NCBI GenBank assembly: GCA_965644265.1 | Contig: OZ286469.1 | Coordinates: forward strand, 75,206,001 to 75,270,000 | Length of the DNA stretch: 64,000 nt | Source: Glycera tridactyla | Taxonomy: Eukaryota | Direction of reading: 5' to 3' | Part shown: positions 13,201-25,500 of the stretch, piece after piece | Layout of the letters: every line of letters starts with the position of its first letter | How positions within the stretch are numbered: position 1 is the stretch's first letter | Made by a program: the position numbers and the translations under genes | Notes under the pieces: generated by a model | Told to the model about the DNA's origin: nothing | Database searches by the model: none | Seen by the model: the letters and a program-made list of their open reading frames with translations, nothing else

Positions 13201-16200
13201 ATACAGTCAGGGAGATGTATAGGCATACCCATGCACATACGCACTCACCCAGGGGTGGTTGGGGATTGACGTCAAATCAGCTCCATTTGTGCTATATTTT
13301 GGCGCCCATGCGATGGGCATGGGGCATCCCTCCAGCACATAACAACAACTTATGCTGAACACTGCCAGCTACCAGCGCATCTGAGAACAAAATCCACCAC
13401 ATCGCCTACATTGCGATACGACCCTGCTATACAAAATATATCACAATGCATAGCAGAGAATGATCTTCCCTAGCACACCTAACCGCCACATTCTCTGAAG
13501 AGGACCAGCCCTCTCCGTTCATAGTACAGTCACGCAACTCCAACAGAGCCACATAATGAAGACAAGCTACTTGACCCATATGCATAGTGGATAAGGGGTT
13601 CTGAAATAATTGTAGTTGATTTTTGTCCCTCCTGCTTCAGCAGTGGTGGGACATAGGTGTTACCTTTCTGCCGGTGGCGGCATCATCGTCGGCAGCATCG
13701 GCGTCATTAACATTGGTTTAAGTCTTGGTTAAGATTTTGGTTAGGTTTTTTATTTGAAGCCTCAATCGATTATTATTGTACCAACATTCTTGAAAGTTGG
13801 TATACATATGCATCAGGACATAAGTATATTATTTTTCATATTCCATCATGAATAATTGGGAAAAAGAAGACTTTCTCATTTGTGAGTTTGGAAATCTACG
13901 AGGAAGCCAGGCCCAATAGCTGTCTGTATTGCGTGAGACCCCAGGGAAATGTACAACACTTCTTTTGGCTTGCCTTTCATTGTTACGTAAGGTTCTCCGT
14001 AATTTACAATGCTTCTGTTGTTCTTACCTGTGTTATGTAACACCTTTGGTTGATTTCATTATGAAGCAATATGTTATGTAACAATGTGTCAAGTAACACA
14101 GTTGTTGTCAACCATTAGATGAATAGAAGTACATAGTCCATTTTCTTCAAGAGACCACCTCTTTTGAGATACCATCGCCATCATCATGATTATCATAATC
14201 ATCGCCAGGAACATCGTCGTCATCACCATCCTCACCATCCTAATCATCCTCATCCTCATCATCATCATCTACATCACCATCATCATCGTGATTTTGAAAA
14301 TGATAAAAATTCATACTCGTGATGGCATAACGCATGGCGATATTTTGGACCTTTTGTGAATTGAAAGTATCTCGCTGTGCCAGACAATTTAAGTCGATGT
14401 CGCTATAATCGAAAATTGGTGGCACAAGTGTGCGGTACAGCATTAGAGATACATCTTGACTTATGACAGGTCTCAACCTTCCTAGCGTTCCTGTTCGACT
14501 GATTGTTTTTGCCTTGATATAGGAAACATGGTGTTTAAAAGACAGGGTTGGATCAAGGAAAATATCTAGGTATTTCATTTTGTTGACAAACGGTAATGTT
14601 TGGCTATCAGCAGATACTCCTGTGTGTTCAAAATTTGACAGTTTGCTGGGGAGTCCCAACATCCTTAGGTTCATTTTCGTCAGATTTAACGACGACTAGT
14701 TCCTTTTCATCCATCCCGTCACCATACTTATGATGTGATTCGAAGATTCCTGCATTAATTTTGGTCTTGCAGTTATTACTGAGTAATCTGCATATAACTG
14801 ACATGAAATGCTCGATGGTGAGACAATTGTTACCCAATTAGATGTTATTGATATTTCATGGGATACATCTCGATATTGCGAACAGTGTAAAAGTGTGGCA
14901 CTCCTCAGGAAATATGGTAGGTCAATTATGTATATACTAAAAAATAATGGCCCTACAATAGAGCCCTGAGGAACGCCACTCTTAATTGGTAGTGATTCAT
15001 ACATGACAGGTCCACGTTTCTTCACACATGGTCCACCGTGTCGAAAGCTTTTTTTTAGGTCCAGGAATACCGTTCCAGTGTAGCATGAGTGAGGTATCCC
15101 GTGATATACAGTTCCTGGCCCTGCCGATGATTGAAAATCAAGTGGTAAAGTTGATCCCCATGTAAATGCTAAAGCTGGTGACAGTCAATGTGTCATTTAT
15201 GTTATGATCAACCAGGGTGGTATGAAAGTTGATGAAAGGCGATGTCAAATTCTCAAATACTCATTTGAATTGTCATTATATTTGTTTCAGCTGATGCTCG
15301 GTGAGGATACAGGCATCAATGTCCGAACACTGTGTCCTGGTGCAGTCAAAACGGAGTTAACTCGAACCGTTGTGGAAGGAGAGAAGGCAGCTGATGAGTA
15401 CATGCTCCAGCTGCTCATCGCGCTCGGAGGATGGGTCGAGTATGTTTGTTTGTTTGAGTTCAATGTCCTTTCAACCAACTCGGGTGAAAAAGCTGAAGAA
15501 ATGAGGCACTGCTGCCGGGGGCTATCCCTACTTTTTGCGAAGGACAGCAGTGATTCTGTTACGTGCATACAAGAATAGACACACAAACACATACACGGCC
15601 GGCTAGATATCCAAGTCACCGTGCACTGGGTTTTGTATATCTTTACAATGTTGACATTAACGTCTGTCAAGTCCATATGTGAATTATCTAATGTCACCAT
15701 AATCGCATGCATTACTTGTCTGTAATTGTCAGTCAATGCTTGAATCCAGTTTGATGGTACAAAATAATAAATTTTGTTCATAATAGTAAAATTATAAAAT
15801 GCACTGATACTCGAGTCATCACTTATGCATGACATTCTTGGATTACTTGATTCAAGTGCTCAACCACGATATGTCAGTCTCCAACCAGCTTCGCAATGAT
15901 CTGTGATCTGTGATCACAGTTTAACTTTATCACACTTCCTAAAAAAAATAGTTGCAGCTCTAGTTACCCAGGACTGATGTGCCTGTTATTCACTGTGTGC
16001 AAAGAGATAGTGTCTGCTAAAAGCAAACGGCCAGCCACCTACATTTCAGACCATTTGCTGAAGATTCAAGAAAGCGCTCAGAGGGACAGAATAGATGTGA
16101 AGAGAGACCCCAAGATAGTGTGAATTCGAAAAGAATGGCTGAAGATAGATGTCCCTGTTGAGTTACAATATATTATCCATCAACATGTGTGAGCTCTACT

Positions 16201-16591
16201 TGGGATTCATATGCAGGCGAACTTGTACTATGCAAGTACATGCCCTTCGCAACATGTTTATGTTCATCCCACCAAAGCATTTTCACTATTATTGACCTGT
16301 AACACATTGAGCATGATCTCGCCCTAAGCACATGCTTTTATCACGTCCATCGGCTTCATGTTTAGGACAGGTTTGGCTGTATAATGGGTAGTAGAAATTG
16401 AATACGAACTTATGAACCAGATGAATCGGATCAATTATGTTTGAATCTGCAGGATACCAGATGTGGTTGAGGCGTGCATGACAGTCATCGAGGATGAGGA
16501 CCTGCCGCAGAACACGATTGTTCTTGTGGACCCTAAGGGCAGCTGGATTGTCCACCCTGATGAAGTACCATGTACACCTTTGAAGAAGTAG
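10151..16591 (+). CDS. HPGD: 15-hydroxyprostaglandin dehydrogenase-like classical SDR, 7 coding exons, 786 nt, 261 aa
   Basis: Exons 10151-10243, 10818-10944, 11494-11597, 12123-12219, 13029-13105, 15291-15439 and 16453-16591 all have GT-AG boundaries and join in frame. Motifs TGAARGLG, D, NNAG, NISS, YHATK and CPG are present. Cumulative exon ends 93/220/324/421/498 match the human HPGD layout as I recall it (93/217/324/421/498). Orthology versus an invertebrate HPGD-like paralog is not resolved. Confidence 0.88.
10818..10944 (+). CDS. HPGD: HPGD-like exon 2 (AVVLVDILDDVGE...HADVSQEDQMK)
   Basis: TTTCAG| acceptor, AAAG|GTGAG donor, phase 0 to 1; acidic residue after the second beta strand is consistent with NAD preference. 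Confidence 0.9.
11494..11597 (+). CDS. HPGD: HPGD-like exon 3 (EVYEKVIARYSTIDVVINNAGV...VNI)
   Basis: NNAG motif; TTTTCAG| and ATT|GTACGT boundaries. Confidence 0.9.
12123..12219 (+). CDS. HPGD: HPGD-like exon 4 (GGTINGTELAIQHMTKENGGKGGTIINISSIL)
   Basis: HM.K.NGG.GG.IIN.SS signature; TTTCTAG| and G|GTAAGT boundaries; 97 nt. Confidence 0.92.
13029..13105 (+). CDS. HPGD: HPGD-like exon 5 (AFRANFAGPVYHATKGAILSYTRSRA)
   Basis: Catalytic YxxxK; 77 nt as in human exon 5; TTTATTTAG| and GCG|GTAAGG boundaries. Confidence 0.88.
14320..15060 (-). mobile_element. Degenerate L2/CR1-type LINE RT fragment in HPGD intron 5, antisense
   Basis: [33 protein letters not shown] (mutated YADD), KYL.IFLD..LSF; frameshifts and an internal deletion. 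Confidence 0.85.
15291..15439 (+). CDS. HPGD: HPGD-like exon 6 (LMLGEDTGINVRTLCPGAVKTEL...)
   Basis: G.nV..lCPG.V.T motif; TTTGTTTCAG| and GA|GTATGT boundaries. Confidence 0.88.
16453..16591 (+). CDS. HPGD: HPGD-like exon 7, terminal (IPDVVEACMTVIEDEDL...PLKK*)
   Basis: CTGCAG| acceptor; the frame continues from exon 6 to TAG at 16589-16591. Confidence 0.8.
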
Positions 16592-18914
16592 GAGTATCAA
16601 GACCACCATATCCCGATCTCTGGAATGGCCTCAAATCACAGGCACGACACAAACGGAGGAAATATATAGGCTGAAATATTCAATATTTGCTGGCTATGGC
16701 TTTGATTTTCAAGGATGCCTGGCTCACAGGCGGCCTTCTTCTATCCATCCCACTTGGGACTGCAGTCTACATGACAGAAAATTGAAGAAATTTAATACTT
16801 TTTGGGGAAAGCTAATTGTTGGTGATAAACTGCTCTGATTTCCATGTGATCTGGTAGGATTATTGGAAAGGCCTGTCTGCTCTGTATGGATCACCGGAAA
16901 ACTGCATCATCATATTGATATTTGGTGTTCTCTCCAATCCAAGAAATTCACTAAATGTTTATTATCATGGAGAAAAAAATCGTTTGTCGTTCCATTTGGA
17001 GATAGCTAGCGAATTTACTTCAAAGTAAGCTATTAGCATTGCATCACTGATTCCAGTCATGTGCGAAGAGTCATGCGCGAAGAGTGATTGGTTTGTCGAT
17101 TAGTCCTGATTAACGTCATATCATCACCAAATGTGATATATTGTGAAGCCCATGCAATAGGCATGGGTGGTAGGTTGGTTCGTTTGTTCCAGATTAACGT
17201 CACGTCAGTGCCATGAGTGCTATATTGTGACGCCCATGAAATGGGCATGGGTGGGATCATTCGAGACTCTTCCTTCTGGGTCCCCAACAGAAAGCAAAAA
17301 GTAATGACATTCGCAGACACTCAAGGTGTCATTCTTATTATAAATATTGACCATAGTGTTACCCTGTAAAGATGGGAATGATTTACATGGCTTCCAATCC
17401 TGGGATCAGGGATCAGATTGGCATTTCTCATCAAGATTTTATGGACCAACAACCAAAAGCCAACTTCATACAAACCTTGTGTGCTATCTTCACTGATGCG
17501 ATGACTCACAAACCATGAACACAGACATATGGGGAAACCTGAGATGATTGAAACCAGAGTGGTCTTATGTCATGTGACTAACAATCTAGACACACTTCTA
17601 CCGTCCTAGAATAAATATGAACCTAATATCATATCTAACTACGTAGCAGAATTCTCATATTTCCACACATGTGATAACCAGGGACATACTTCGGTTCCTG
17701 TGTCTGTTCCAGAGTGGCATTTGTGAATGCTTAGTCAGCATCCAGTCTTACAATTCCAAGGCTTCATGCTATCCATTGCTATTCCAGATGATACAATTCA
17801 AATAATTACGATTTTATTCCTTTATCTAGTTTGCAAAGCTCTCAGAGATGCCATGGCTGACTAGTCCGATGTACAGTGACATAATGATCTTATTTGGCTG
17901 GTTGGTCATTTACTAGACCGAAATTACTGGCTGTAGCCTGCTTTAATTTATCTCGATAGTGGTCTGATATCAGTTTCCTGGTGAACACATTTCTTTTCCC
18001 CATCTCTCTTCCAGTGATTTTGTTCTGGGTCATTTTATGTCATCAGAAAGATATTTTCTGTGAAAATCTCTGAAATTGTTCGTGTTGTTCACAAATACAT
18101 TGAGATCGATATTCTTATCATCCAGAGTCTGATTACTATTATTACAATGAACCAATTCTGCAGCTACCTATGTATTCCAGAGATTATCAGCTCTCTGTGG
18201 GAAATTGTACTTTCTATAAACATCACTATCTCTATATCTATGGATATCATCACGTTACATGTTGGTCCTGAAATGGACATAGGCATTCCAGTTTTTTTAT
18301 GAAAATTTCCATTTCTGGGCAATGGTGACTGTTTCTAGGGAAATCATTAGCATCCTTGTCACACGATTGCAGCACATGCATGGAGCTTCAATTTCAGTGC
18401 TAGAGCTTTGAAAAGTGATGCAACATCCTGTTTGAGATATATTCCTTCAGGACATCCATCATTTACAGGGTTTGCAATGTCCTGAGAATTATCAACAATA
18501 TCAGATATCTTGTGAGATTTTTTATGTCCTGAATATGGCAACGAGCTGCTATATATTGCTCTACTATTGGTATTTTATTTAGATGATAATTACATAAAAG
18601 TTTGTAAAAACAAGAGTCATACTCATGTGAAGATACTGAGCTAGTCAAGATGCTGAATGCAAACATTATGAAGTGGATGGAAACTTGGTCTGCATAAAAT
18701 CTCCATGAATACGTTGAATGTTGCCATGCATGCCGAAGGATTCATTTTCATCGGTCTCTGCACATCCCTTTTACCTAAACAAGTGATGGTTTCATTGTTG
18801 AAAGTTTGTTTGTTTGTTTCGTTGAGGACAGTTGCTGATAGAGCATATAAACATGGTATCATTTCTGAAGGTCAGTTATTTTTGGCCGCTTCTTCGACAA
18901 AGAACAAGGGATCA

Positions 18915-19700
18915 GTTCAAAAATACAGAAGCTAACCCCGGGGCTGTGGAGTGGTTCAGATGTTATCTATCAAGCAGGATCCATTGTACTCGTGTAAGTG
19001 GAGTGAAATATTCAGCTAAGGCCATAGCCTGTGGTGTACCCCGAGGTTCTATACTTGGACCTTCATTATTTATTGTGTGCATAAATAACTTGAGGGACTA
19101 TCTCACTGAATCTAAAATCAGTCTATATACTGACTACACAGCTATGTAGTTCAGCAGTCAATCAGAAGTGGAACTCGTGCTCAGTTTTAAACTTGACCTT
19201 GATATTGTTCGTGAATGGCTGAAAGCAAACCGCCTGATTCTCAATGTTACCAAAAATAAATATATTATCTTTAAGAACCATAAAAGTGCCTGAAGGAGTT
19301 TGAATTATACCCTGACAGTTGGAATAATCCTATTGAACAAGTCCCTGTTTTCAAATATCTTGGTCTCATCCTAGATGACAAGTTGACTTTCAATGAGCAT
19401 GTGGACCACTTGCACCGTAAAGCAACCAGCATATTAGCCATGTTGAGAAGACCTAGGAATCTTTTGGATCACACTACAGCACTCATGCTATATGTGTTTT
19501 GTTCTACCACACATAGATTGTTGTGATGTGATTTATGAGTGCACCAGCTCTGCAATTCTAAATGAACTGCAAAATATTCAAAATTGTGCATGTAGAACTT
19601 TACACTTGCCTGGTTCTAATCGGAGTATTGAAGAACAACACAAAACTCCACAGCTTTTACGTCTTGAAAACAGCCCATTAATTTTCTAAACCACAAAAAT
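18915..19700 (+). mobile_element. Degenerate L2/CR1-type LINE RT fragment
   Basis: WFRCYLSSR, CGVPRGSILGPSLF, LYTDYT, FKYLGLILDDKLTF, LQNIQNCACR; in-frame stops. Confidence 0.85.
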
Positions 19701-20199
19701 ATCTATAATCCTCGAGCAGGATTACATAAATAATATGCCCCAATCTCCCATACTGGCTGGACATCCAGAGGAACTCAAGTAAACTCATGGGAATACCAAA
19801 ATTCACGTCTGAACTTGGTAAGAAATCCACTTCATACCATGGAATTCCATAGAAAACTCGACCAGAAGTGGAGGACTTTGCCGCTTTCAAGAGACTTTTG
19901 TCAACTTCATTTATTGATTTTGAGAACTACCCCACTTGATGATATATCTACGAACTTGTGCTTCTTTATTTCAACCATCCTTATATAGCCTTCCTATATT
20001 AAGTCATCATGGTGAGAGCATACATTGGTAGGAATACTTCGTGCACATGTTTCTTGGGAGGCTTGTTGGGGCTCTTATCACTCGACTGATCTGGTGTGGA
20101 CCCTGGTTCTTGATTTTTCTTCAAACACTCTTCTATAGCTAACCACCTCCCCTCATGTTCTATATCTATACCTAAGGGGACGCCCTTATCTCAGCTTAG

Positions 20200-21610
20200 T
20201 ATTGCTTTGTTTTCACATTGTTTTTCATACTCATGATGATGGCATGCTCAAATATAAGAAGTTTGAGCTCGAGTTTTTGGCCGCAAACATTTCGGTGATG
20301 CTGGTGGTAATGGTAGTTGTGATGGTGCTATCGGTGAAGGTTGTACTGAATATGGTTGCGGTGGTGGTCGTTGTGATGAGAGAAGTGTGTGCAGTTTGAG
20401 GTTTAGACTGTATTTGGTATTGTCGGTGGTGGTGATGGTGATTTTTTTATGATGAAGATCTATTTCAGCATCATATGTTTCATTTAACTAACGTATGCGC
20501 AGGCATATGAACTTATATGAATTTATCTACTCATAAGTTCTGCACTAAATTCCCGTGGGATTGTTTGCTTTTCAAACGCCAATAGGATTTGGAATATTCG
20601 AGTTTATTTCTGCTCAGCCATGTGTTTCATTCACAAACAATTCTCCGTTTATCTACTAACCCAGTAATCTTGTTTGTATGTACTTGTACTCTGATCAGTG
20701 GAGATATGTCGCTGACTTGTTGCTGTCCTTATTCTTATTTTAAAAGAGTGTGAAAGAGTTTGGGCACTTGTGGCAGGTTAGACTTTATGTGGTAGTAATG
20801 GTTCTGGTTCTGGTGGTGGTAATGATAGTGGTTGTGGTCAATGTGGTGACGATGGTGGTGGTTTGATGGAGCTCTATTACAAAAGAATATGTGAACTAAT
20901 GGCAGGTTGCACATCATGGTCATTGCGGTGGAAGTGGTGATGATCATGGCAGTGATAGTGGTGTGGTGGTGGCGGTGGTAGTGGTTGTGGTGATTGGTTG
21001 ATCGGTTCTGGTTTAGCATCACATCAGATTAAAATGTGCTACATTGTCACGCTCACACAATGTGTATGGGTGGGATCATTCAAGATTCCTCCTTCTGGGT
21101 ACCCAACAGGAGAATATTCATGAAATTCACAGATATGGTTGTGGTGTGTGTGGTGGTGGTGGTACTGGTGATGAGGAGATCCATCTCAAGAGAATTTGTG
21201 CAATAAGGACAGGTTAGGGTGTATATGGTGTTGGTCATGGTAGTGGTGGTGGTGGTATTAATGAAGATTTATTTTCGGAATGTGTGTGCACTGTATATGC
21301 TAGTGATGTTGATGGTATGGTGGTGGTGATGGCAGCGGCTCCGCAGTGTCAGGGTTTGTGGTGATCGTGGTTGCAGTGGTTGTATTTCTGATGAGCATTT
21401 ATTACAAAAGAGTGTGTGAACTTACCGCAGGTTAAACTATATCATAGCAGTGGTGAGAGTAGTGGTAGTGGAATGGAGGTGGTGTTGTCAGTGGAGGTGG
21501 TAGTGGTTGTGAATATGGTGGTTGTGATGGCACTATTGATGATGAAGGAAGATTCATTTAAAAGAATTGAGTTGACATTCCTTATGCATTGTGCATTTAT
21601 TGTTCGCTAG
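20200..21610. repeat. Complex degenerate minisatellite of (GGT/GAT)n blocks with a recurrent linker
   Basis: Recurring ATGAAGAT.TATT / TTACAAAAGAGTGTGTGAAC / GCAGGTTAGACT segments between GTG/GAT-rich tracts. Confidence 0.65.
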
Positions 21611-22187
21611 CTCCATAGCTATACTTTCCATTGGTGACCCAGGACTATGGGTATGGTTTTCAATTGACAATAAGTGATAGACTTCATTGGCTAGGGTACT
21701 GCCACAGCACAATGCTCTATGTGATGCTGTATTTCATCGGTCAATTGCACCATTCACCTGACTTATGTTCCTAGAATGCTCAATGTGATTATCTATTGAC
21801 TGTCAACTTCAAGCGAGCTTTACATTTATGGGTGCCCTATGCTCGCGGTACAATGCCACCACATGCCCTGGTGAACCTAATGGTAGCCTCAGTAACCCAG
21901 AACTGGTGTGTGCGGTACCTGCTTTCTGAATTGTGACAATATCTGCTACAGGGAAACTGTCAGCCACCTACACCTGAGATCATTTCACTAAAGAAATAAG
22001 AAAGAGATTGAAGGGATAGAAAAGATGTGGAGAGGCCTGGTGATAATGTAACTTCGAATAAACATGGTTGTGAAGAGAAACAGTTTATTTGAAATATTTG
22101 TCATATGACATGAAAAAATACATTGAGGAAATATATATAAACAAGTATATAAACGAACTTCTCACATTTATGCAATGCATTGATTCT

Positions 22188-22276
22188 TCTCTCTCTCTCC
22201 CTCCCCCTCTCCTCTCTCTCTCTCCTATCTCTCTTTCTCTCACCCTTTCTCTCTCCCTTCCTCCCTCTCTCTCTCA
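22188..22276. repeat. (CT)n microsatellite immediately 3' of the CUTC stop codon
   Basis: Directly visible. Confidence 0.9.
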
Positions 22277-22279
22277 TCA

Positions 22280-22503
22280 TTAACAGAATTGTTCTCCTTT
22301 GAGAAGTGCTACACACTGTCTAACTTTCTCAGGATCAGTGACTTTGTTGACAAACTCTGGTGGTGACAAAGTGCCACCCATGGAGACACCGCCGTGCTTA
22401 TACAACATCTGTGAAGCTGAGCTCCCACGCATTGAACCATGCACTTCACACGCCCCTGTTTCTCGAAGGACAAGTCCAAGATTTTGTTGTGTTATGCCAC
22501 CAC
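22280..22503 (-). CDS. CUTC: CUTC exon 8, terminal ([24 protein letters not shown]...QFC*)
   Basis: GGGI and H.S motifs; TAA at 22282-22280. Confidence 0.92.
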
Positions 22504-25500
22504 CTGAAACAGATTCAGAATTGGATACATACTAGATCCTGATTACATATGGCATATGTCCCTGACCTATGAAATCTGGATTATCTGACCCCTGCAGGTT
22601 TCATTCTCACAAACCCTGAACACAAGATTATAGGAAGTCAAGAGAGGTGATAGGGGACCTGATAGGCTGTCGTGTGGAAATTTGGATTATGCATGATGTT
22701 TGTTGCTGGTCTATGAAAGCTAGGTGTTCTGTCTCCTACAGGCATCACTCTCCTGAACATGATAGGGAACCAGAAGTTTAGTAGACGAAACTCGACCTGA
22801 CGGGACACACTCGAAGTACAAGAATACTTTCTTATTGGAAAGAAGAGGAGAAAGGGGAATCTCATAAATAGCAAATCACTGTCCTGATCGTTAGTGGACT
22901 ACTTACCTGGTACAACTATGATGCGATCCTTTGCCTGTAACATAAAGATGTCATATCAAAAACCAATAAATCCAAGAAATGTATCCATTCGTTACATACA
23001 TGCATCATTTTGATGATGACTGTAAGGGAAGGGTGTGAGAGGGTGTATGTGTGTGGGGGGGGGGGGGTGTTAAGGTAGGTAGGTAGGTTGGTAGGTAGTT
23101 GGGTGGGTGTTTGGGTGTGTGTAAGGGTGTGGGTGGATGGGTGGGTGGTGGAAGAATGTGTTGCTCGTAGGTTAAGCGCGGAGGTAATCAACCAGAATGA
23201 CTGACAAACCTACCCCTATATGCTTGCCTACTTCACCACCAACACAGTCCTCTATCCACTTGTATATCTTGATAAAGCACATTTTTACCCTAGCATGAAC
23301 TAGTTTACTTAACACAAGACCATGAATGGGAAAAAAAGGCCAGCTGGTAAGTAGGTAAATTCTACCAAAATGAGGAAGCTATAACCTTGGTAATCGATCT
23401 GATCCAAATTCCACTCCATGACATGAATTAGCTGCCAAATGTATGAACCATCAAATAGAATAAATATTTTTCATCACAAAGCAACTGCAATTGTTTTCAA
23501 TAGGAAACACACTAGGATCTCCGAACTTGTGCCCTTCAAAGGTTGAGAAAAAAGAGAGAATTTCATAACAAAATCCCCTAAAATGGCTTAATATGATATG
23601 ATGAGAATGCAACCGTCGTGTTGATTCGCAACCCATGGACTGATTTTGGAGTATTACAGTCCCATTTGTTGGCATGAAAAAGGGGCTCACACTCAACAAA
23701 ATGTATGAATAGCCATGCTCCCCCTCTCCTGACAGGGTTTATGGTGAGAATCAGAGTGAGGGTGAGAAGGATGAGCTCACCCGATTGATCATCTCCTTGA
23801 TACAGGCTGCACCATCCAAGACGGAGTTTTGACCACCACTGGTCAGGACTCGCTCACATCCCAATGATATCACCGCCTCCAGTGCTCCATAGATATCCTT
23901 CGTCATGTCAATAGCTGAAAATAGATAACGATTAGAATGGGTAGTTTATCGATAGGTTGGTTGGTAGGGTGGTTGACTGTATCATATCTCATTATTAGCC
24001 CCATCTGAGCCATATTGAGTCTCCATGAAATGGGCATGAATGGTAGCATTCAAGACTCCTCTTTTTGGGTTGCTGAAATAGAAGGGGAGATGACATGGAA
24101 ATTACAGACACTCAATTTGTCAGTTCATAGGTCATACTCGAGGTGAAAGAAAGTATTTACAGTGGGGTTATTCCAGTATGAGAGTAAAATTAATGCTCAT
24201 TTCAGTAGAGTGGATAGTTTTCAGTGGATACTTCGCTTACCTCGATGAAAAGTGACTGGTAAAGGCCTGGCAATATCTACAAAGAACAAGCACAACACAA
24301 TGAACACAGATGTATAACATATTGCATGAACAGGGGACTGCAGCACTCACAATTTGATGCAGATATAAATAATTGGCATTACAAGCTGGCTAATATCGTG
24401 TTCACTCAAATAAAAGTTCTAGGTACTCCCTCAACCTTTATAGCCATGACTGGATACAAAATATCTACTCTTGTCAAACGGTGTTACATCACATAGCAAA
24501 AGAGACGTATAAGTGTATAATGTAGAACAATGCTCACCAATCAAAGTCTGACACCTATCCATATCCACAGTACCATCACTGGAAAGATATACAAAGCAAC
24601 AATTAGCATGATCAGCATATGACAGATGCTATCAATTTCTGATTGAGAAATCTTATGAAGATCCCAAAATCAGCACGTTTGTCATTCCTATCTAAAGATA
24701 GCTGGTTAGCGGCGAAGCAACTCGCTATCAACTTTTAATCACTGGTTATCAGGACATTACTTATGCGCTCTTGGTCACATCTCTCTCATTTTCTGCACTC
24801 GAAAAGAAGGAGGCCAAGTCCCTGATATGCAAGAGGAGGTGGCACTTCAGACATTCGGACACCTCAGATGATGAAACTGACGAATATGTTCATGAACATC
24901 GCTTTATAAGATGGGCTTGTGAATGAAATAATTGTATGATATGAAAGGCATAACCGCCCCTGCTTTACCCATATCAGGGCTATTATGACACATCATAGGA
25001 CAGTGGGGGAATGGTCCCTGTGTCGGAAAAGAAAGTAAGTGTTCAGATCATTGCTAATAACACAATTGTTATAAATACTTAGAAGACATATACACCTACC
25101 TGTTGAGGATGCCAATCACAACTCCATCAGCTCCAGACTGTTTGAGGGAACATAAATCAGTCTTCATCACGCTGAACTCATGCTCTGAGTACAAGAAGTC
25201 TCCTCCTCGAGGACGTATCATCACAAAGACAGGGATGCGGGCCACCTGCTTTATCACTGACAACATCCCTAGTACAAGCAAGGAGAATGGTGGTGACAGC
25301 ACAGACTTCCGAGTTGAAGCACGGGCGTTAGTGTATGTATATGCTGTAATAATATGGTGTAACAATATGGTGTAACAACATGGCGGGAACTTTCCAGCTG
25401 ATCCAGAACACCCGTAATCTTGGTGGTGATGGTGCTGGTGGTGGTGGAGGTGTCAGCAGTGGCATTGGGGTGTTAATAGTGATGCCAGCGAGCGAATAAT

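Noticed and set aside
15287-15835. 182-aa minus-strand ORF
   Set aside because: Antisense to HPGD exon 6 and intron; no homology.
20735-21022. His-rich ORF
   Set aside because: Reverse complement of GGT/GAT low-complexity sequence.
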